In this document: positions 59,698-64,000 of the stretch, piece after piece
Numbering within the stretch: the stretch's first letter is position 1
How the letters are laid out: each line of letters begins with the position of its first letter
Origin: an uncultured Mycoplasmatota bacterium
GTDB taxonomy: Bacteria > Bacillota_I > Bacilli_A > RF39 > UBA660
NCBI GenBank assembly: GCA_947649365.1
Contig: CANSRH010000007.1
Location: forward strand, 854 to 64,853
Length of the DNA: 64,000 nucleotides
Direction: 5' to 3'
Made by a program: the position numbers and the translations under genes
The notes under the pieces: generated by a model
Databases searched by the model: none
Seen by the model: only the letters and a program-made list of their open reading frames with translations
Told to the model about the DNA's origin: nothing

Positions 59698-61395
59698 TTA
59701 ATTACAAGTATAACCAATTCCAGATAAATAAGCACGTAAGATACTAGCATTTTCTGGTAAATTTCCATTCACATCTTGATTCATATCTTTCAACGTTTTA
59801 TCCGTTTTAATAGCAATACTTTTTTCCGCATCACTTAGTATTTCCGTTCCAATGATTCCATGAATACCCAAAGAAGCATCATAATTACGAACGGCTTGAT
59901 TATAATCTTCTAACGTAGTATACGTAAATAGCGATGTTCTAACAGCTTGAAAGAAATTATCCTTAGCATCCACTCCAATACGATAAGAATGGACAAGCAT
60001 AGCAGGAATATCCTCTAATGTCTCTTCTTTAGACACACAAGTTATATATTTCACTGGAGCATTTTTAGCAACAGTCAACTTAGCACTAACTTTCGATTCA
60101 TTATTAAAATTATCACTAACTACAAGTTGAATTTCATACTCTCCTACTTTTTCTGTAATACCTGTATAATCTTCTGCAAACTTATAACTACAACTAGATG
60201 CATCACTACACTTTTCAATAAAATCTTCTGCATTCAAAGTAGCATTCGGAAGTAAAACTACATCTTGTGTAGTTACTTTTGGAGCAATAGAATCATCTAC
60301 AATAAGAGTTCCCTCTTCTGTAACTTTTCCACAAGTCACTTGATATTTATATGTACTTACTTTATTCACGTCTACACTAGATAAATCAATCGTACAATTT
60401 GCTTTATCATAACCGGTAATGGTAGCATAATCATCAATGGTAGAAGACATCGTATTTCCGAGTTCTAATTTTACATCTTTTAAAACAATAGATGCTTTAT
60501 TAGCACTTGCCTTTGCTATAGAAAGGAAATAATAAACGCCAAAACCAATCGCTGCCACTAAAATAATAAGTAACACAACAATCATTGTTTTTCTACTATC
60601 GCCTTTCTTTCTCTCCTTCTTTTCTTTTTTCTTCTTTCCGTCATCAAAAACGGGAGGAACAGGAACAGCTCCAAAATCATCTTGTGGAGTTGGAGTCATA
60701 GAAGAAATAGGTTCTACATTTGCTCCTTCACCAACAGGAAGTGTAGAAACATCAAGTGTCTCTACAGAACCATTTTCCATAATAGGAGAAGTAGATGGTG
60801 AAGAATTTAGGTTTGTATCTAAAGTAGGAGCTTTTACTCCATTGGGAAGTGAAGAAATAGAAGACTCTAACGTTTCTACTGGTGAAGACACTAAAACATT
60901 TGGATTTTCACCTAAACTTGGTTGTGGTGTAGGAATATTTACATTTTGAATTTCTGGAATGGACTCAATTTGAGAAACAGAAGGCGTCGCACCAAAAACT
61001 TCATTAGAAGAAGCACTTGTATCTACAACTGGAGTATCCAAAACAGGAGTTACAGAAGGAATAGGTTCCACCACTGGTTCTTCCATAATTGGTCTTGCTT
61101 CCATAGGCGTTGAGATACTACTCATTTCTGTTGTTCCCATACTAGTATTTTGTGGAGTCGTAGCTGGAGTTCCATTCAAAATAGAATCCAAAGTAGGTCT
61201 CACAGGTTCTACATTTTGTTTTGGAAGTTCTTGTGAAATAGTTTCTTTTGGTATATTAGTTGTCTCCAAACCTCCTATCGTCGAAGTCATTCCTTCATTT
61301 GTATTGATTGGTGTTGGATTGGGAACAGGAGTAATTGTTTCATTACTATTATTTGTATTTGTCCCACTTAATCCATTCGTATTTTGATTATCCAT
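59698..61395 (-). CDS. Bitopic membrane protein: ~260-aa Ser/Thr/Pro/Asn-rich low-complexity cytoplasmic N-terminal region, one TM helix, ~270-aa extracytoplasmic domain
   Basis: There is no signal peptide. A KKKKEKKERKKGDSRK cluster immediately precedes the TM segment MIVVLLIILVAAIGFGVYYFL, so the positive-inside rule places the N-terminus in the cytoplasm. The C-terminal domain carries several Cys. Confidence 0.55.
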   Translation of the reverse strand: MDNQNTNGLSGTNTNNSNETITPVPNPTPINTNEGMTSTIGGLETTNIPKETISQELPKQNVEPVRPTLDSILNGTPATTPQNTSMGTTEMSSISTPMEARPIMEEPVVEPIPSVTPVLDTPVVDTSASSNEVFGATPSVSQIESIPEIQNVNIPTPQPSLGENPNVLVSSPVETLESSISSLPNGVKAPTLDTNLNSSPSTSPIMENGSVETLDVSTLPVGEGANVEPISSMTPTPQDDFGAVPVPPVFDDGKKKKEKKERKKGDSRKTMIVVLLIILVAAIGFGVYYFLSIAKASANKASIVLKDVKLELGNTMSSTIDDYATITGYDKANCTIDLSSVDVNKVSTYKYQVTCGKVTEEGTLIVDDSIAPKVTTQDVVLLPNATLNAEDFIEKCSDASSCSYKFAEDYTGITEKVGEYEIQLVVSDNFNNESKVSAKLTVAKNAPVKYITCVSKEETLEDIPAMLVHSYRIGVDAKDNFFQAVRTSLFTYTTLEDYNQAVRNYDASLGIHGIIGTEILSDAEKSIAIKTDKTLKDMNQDVNGNLPENASILRAYLSGIGYTCN

Positions 61396-61534
61396 GGTAT
61401 CAATCCCCTCATATCTATCTTACTCACCATTATATAAAAAATGTCAAAAAAACGCAACCCATAAATAAAAACTAGACATTCACTAACTTTTTCTTTTCAT
61501 TTCTTTAACAATTACATTTTCATTCCATCACCAT

Positions 61535-61565
61535 ATAAAAAAAGAAGAATTACACAAATCTTCTT
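61535..61565 (-). terminator. Rho-independent terminator downstream of the glucosaminidase-domain gene
   Basis: On the minus strand, AAGAAGA-tttgtgtaat-TCTTCTT is followed by TTTTTTT. Confidence 0.55.
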
Positions 61566-61578
61566 TTCCATACAAATC

Positions 61579-62241
61579 TTAATTCGCTTTTATCTTTTCT
61601 ACATAGTATCGTATTCTAGATGCCCAGGTTTTACTTTCCGCATATTTTTTACCAATTTTTTCAATGGTATTGAGTCCCTTTTTGTAATAATTATCAGATA
61701 AATTTTTGAAGAAAGCTTCAATTCCAGCATTTAAAGTTTTAAAACTTCCATAACCAGAACTTCCGCAAGATCTGTTTCCGCGCATACCTCCAATATTATT
61801 ACACTTGCTCACCAAAGTACTACACCTTCCAGAATCACATCCGGTCTCATGTAAGACAATAGCTAACGCAACATAAGGGTCCACTTCATAGTTTAATGAA
61901 TACTCGGCAAAAATGGTACCATATCCTGATAACGTAGATTTAAGATTTCTATTTAATTTAGAAGCAAGTTCTTCTTTCGTCATTCCATCGTATACTTCTA
62001 CACGAGAAACTTCTTCTACTGCTTCCTTATCACTACTCACAAACGAAACATCTTCATTTGTATCATTTACTTCTTTTTGTAACGTACTACTACTTGCATT
62101 GCATGTAAAATTGTATTCGTTTTCTATAGTAGAACTTGTTTTTAAATCCTTATTCCCCTCTGTTTTATTTACAAACAGAAAAGATACAAGAACGAATACG
62201 ATTATGGCCAGTACGGCCTTAACCGACGGTAATTTTTTCAT
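61579..62241 (-). CDS. Exported glucosaminidase-domain (GH73-like, mannosyl-glycoprotein endo-beta-N-acetylglucosaminidase family) protein
   Basis: An N-terminal signal anchor is followed by PYVALAIVLHETGCDSGRCSTLVSKCNNIGGMRG, which matches the glucosaminidase-domain core. Confidence 0.55.
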   Translation of the reverse strand: MKKLPSVKAVLAIIVFVLVSFLFVNKTEGNKDLKTSSTIENEYNFTCNASSSTLQKEVNDTNEDVSFVSSDKEAVEEVSRVEVYDGMTKEELASKLNRNLKSTLSGYGTIFAEYSLNYEVDPYVALAIVLHETGCDSGRCSTLVSKCNNIGGMRGNRSCGSSGYGSFKTLNAGIEAFFKNLSDNYYKKGLNTIEKIGKKYAESKTWASRIRYYVEKIKAN

Positions 62242-62383
62242 TTTTAACTCTACCTCTTTTTTTGCGGAACGATACCTATGTTATCATATTACTCTCTACA
62301 AGTCAAATTGCAGGCTTCCACCTAACCCTACTTTTTCGTTTGAAATGCCCTTTTCACCTAAGAAAAAAACAGTAGTACCAAAT

Positions 62384-62905
62384 TTAGCCAAATAAGAAAG
62401 AAACAATCAAAAAACTAGCAACAATTCCTACGAAATCTGCAAATAAACCAGTCGACAATGCATGCCTTGTTTTATTAATTTTAATACTTCCAAAATAAAG
62501 AGCCAATACATAAATGGTTGTATCTGTACACCCTTGAATCACAGAAGCAAGCCGTCCAGCAAACGAATCAGGTCCAAGTTTTATAAAAATATCATTCATA
62601 ATAGCCAAAGAAGCCGTTCCTGAAATAGGACGTACAAATGCCATTGGCAAAATAGAAAGCGGAATCTGAAAAAAAGAAAGAACAGGAGACAAAATTTGAA
62701 AAAAAGTCTCCAAAATACCACTATTCAAAAAAACATTAATAGCAAACACCATAGCAATAATAGAAGGAAAAATATGAAAAGCCGTCACTAACCCCTCTTT
62801 AGCACCATCCAAAAACGTATCATAAATAAGAACTTTCTTTTTCATTCCATAAAAAACCACAAACAAAACAAATAATGGAATGATAATTTTAGAAATAGTA
62901 CTCAT
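62384..62905 (-). CDS. spmB: Spore maturation protein B
   Basis: A nucleoside-recognition-type membrane protein of 173 aa, immediately downstream of spmA and overlapping it by 4 nt, the conserved dacB-spmA-spmB order. Confidence 0.8.
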   Translation of the reverse strand: MSTISKIIIPLFVLFVVFYGMKKKVLIYDTFLDGAKEGLVTAFHIFPSIIAMVFAINVFLNSGILETFFQILSPVLSFFQIPLSILPMAFVRPISGTASLAIMNDIFIKLGPDSFAGRLASVIQGCTDTTIYVLALYFGSIKINKTRHALSTGLFADFVGIVASFLIVSFLFG

Positions 62906-63480
62906 TTTCTCTTTCGCCTCCTAAAATAATCAAGAGTAAGACCTGCAACACTTGAACAAAGAGTAGCTAAAATAGCTGGCAAAATAATTTCCTCTGGGTT
63001 CGCACTCCCATGCATCAAACGTAAAGCAATCACTGTAGTTGGAATAATGGTAACTCCACTCGTATTTAAAACCAAAAAAGTAATCATCCCATCACTAGCT
63101 ACTTTTTTATCCTGATTTTCCTTTTGCATCTCCTCCATCGCTTTTAAACCAAAAGGAGTAGCAGCAGACCCTAGACCTAAAGCATTAGCAACAATATTAG
63201 AAGTGATATAACCAAGCGCTTTACTATCCCGTTTTAAAGAAGGGAACAACTTGCCAAGCAAAGGTCGAAACACTTTAGAAATACTTTCCAAAACTCCACT
63301 TTTCTCTGCAATTTTCATAAGTCCCGACCATAAAACCAAAATAGGAAGCAACTCCAAAACCATTTTTACTCCCCCAGAAGCACTCGTTAAAATGGTATCA
63401 TTTAAATTGCTCACTTCCCCAAAAAGAAGAGTAAAAACAATACCAATTAAAATAAACAAACCCCAAATTTTATTAATCAT
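62902..63480 (-). CDS. spmA: Spore maturation protein A
   Basis: MINKIWGLFILIGIVFTLLFG...LELLPILVLWSGLMKIAEKSGV...ALGLGSAATPFGLKAMEE is typical SpmA. It sits between dacB and spmB. Confidence 0.8.
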   Translation of the reverse strand: MINKIWGLFILIGIVFTLLFGEVSNLNDTILTSASGGVKMVLELLPILVLWSGLMKIAEKSGVLESISKVFRPLLGKLFPSLKRDSKALGYITSNIVANALGLGSAATPFGLKAMEEMQKENQDKKVASDGMITFLVLNTSGVTIIPTTVIALRLMHGSANPEEIILPAILATLCSSVAGLTLDYFRRRKRK

Positions 63481-64000
63481 GACGGAACCATCCTAGCAAC
63501 TTTTGTAACCAAGTTTTCTTTTTCTCTTTTTCTTTCTCTAGCTTTACATACACATTTGCTTCTTTCAAAACCTCTTCCTTTAATTGAATTTGTACTTTCC
63601 CAACGACTTCTCCATCTTCGTAAGCATCTTTCTTTTGTAACTGAATATTCAAAGAAATATCTTCTTTTTCTCCCTCTTTTAATAAAACAAAAACATCTTC
63701 CTTTAAATAAAGTGTTTCATTTTTATAATAATTCTCTCCCTCAATTTTAAAATTATTTTTATCAACAATCTTTTCACTCTTATACTCTTGAAACAAAGCT
63801 TCATATATATTTTTATGATCCGCCCAGTCATCAGGATCATTTAAAGTAACGACCGTAATATTGGCAAGATTTTTAGAAGCAGTAGAAACAAGAGTTCTCC
63901 TTGCTTTCTCTGTAAACCCAGTCTTTCCTCCTGTTGTGAACTCATAACTAGTAAGTAGCTTATTTTTATTAGTCCAACTGTACGTTTTTTTATCACTTTT
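63473..64000 (-). CDS. dacB: D-alanyl-D-alanine carboxypeptidase DacB-like (C-terminal portion; 5' end beyond window)
   Basis: The minus-strand frame is open from 64000 and contains the TGGKTGFT (KTG motif) and TLNDPDDWADH segments before the ORF-track 107-aa fragment. The ORF track started it at an internal TTG. Gene order dacB-spmA-spmB matches B. subtilis. Confidence 0.7.
   Translation of the reverse strand, partial: KSDKKTYSWTNKNKLLTSYEFTTGGKTGFTEKARRTLVSTASKNLANITVVTLNDPDDWADHKNIYEALFQEYKSEKIVDKNNFKIEGENYYKNETLYLKEDVFVLLKEGEKEDISLNIQLQKKDAYEDGEVVGKVQIQLKEEVLKEANVYVKLEKEKEKKKTWLQKLLGWFRHD

Noticed and set aside
1-64000. rRNA, tRNA, CRISPR arrays and insertion sequences
   Set aside because: Intergenic regions were read by eye. 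No cloverleaf-compatible tRNA candidates, no regularly spaced direct repeats and no transposase or integrase ORFs were found. A tRNAscan or CRISPR-finder run would be needed to exclude them formally.

Overview
The window reads as an AT-rich (about 30% GC by eye, not computed) chromosomal segment of a low-GC, endospore-forming Firmicute using the standard genetic code. Almost every gene is on the minus strand. Sporulation genes are unusually dense: spoIVA (partial), a SpoVIF-like gene, cotE, two unannotated YjcZ-family tiny peptides, a DUF1540 peptide, spoVS, a cotJ operon with a fused CotJA/CotJB ORF, a Ca2+ P-type ATPase, and spmB-spmA-dacB (dacB partial at the right edge). Housekeeping genes include der, rpsP with its KH partner, prsA, recX, nrnA, ackA, thiI with a cysteine desulfurase, ezrA, an M16 peptidase pair, rpoB-rpoC with ybxB, dgt, ftsK/spoIIIE, rnj, ssb, a lone sufB and trmL. 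No rRNA, tRNA, CRISPR array, transposase or integrase was recognised by eye. The features most worth a second look are two candidate phase-variation switches in surface-protein genes. One is a G10 tract that uncouples an ATG start from a membrane-anchored protein whose paralog, 32 kb away, shares a near-identical 5' block. The other is a (GAAA)8 tract inside a lipoprotein gene. Also of interest: a class-B-like sortase with a roughly 280-aa cytoplasmic N-terminal domain, divergently paired with a Cys-rich NPQTG substrate; a GT2-TPR glycosyltransferase next to a membrane protein with a Ser/Thr/Pro-rich cytoplasmic tail; a PgsA-HD fusion; an orphan HerA-like ATPase; tandem Spo0A boxes; duplicated divergent XRE regulator pairs around the spoVIF-like gene; and a methyltransferase cassette with a structured leader bracketed by 19-bp direct repeats.
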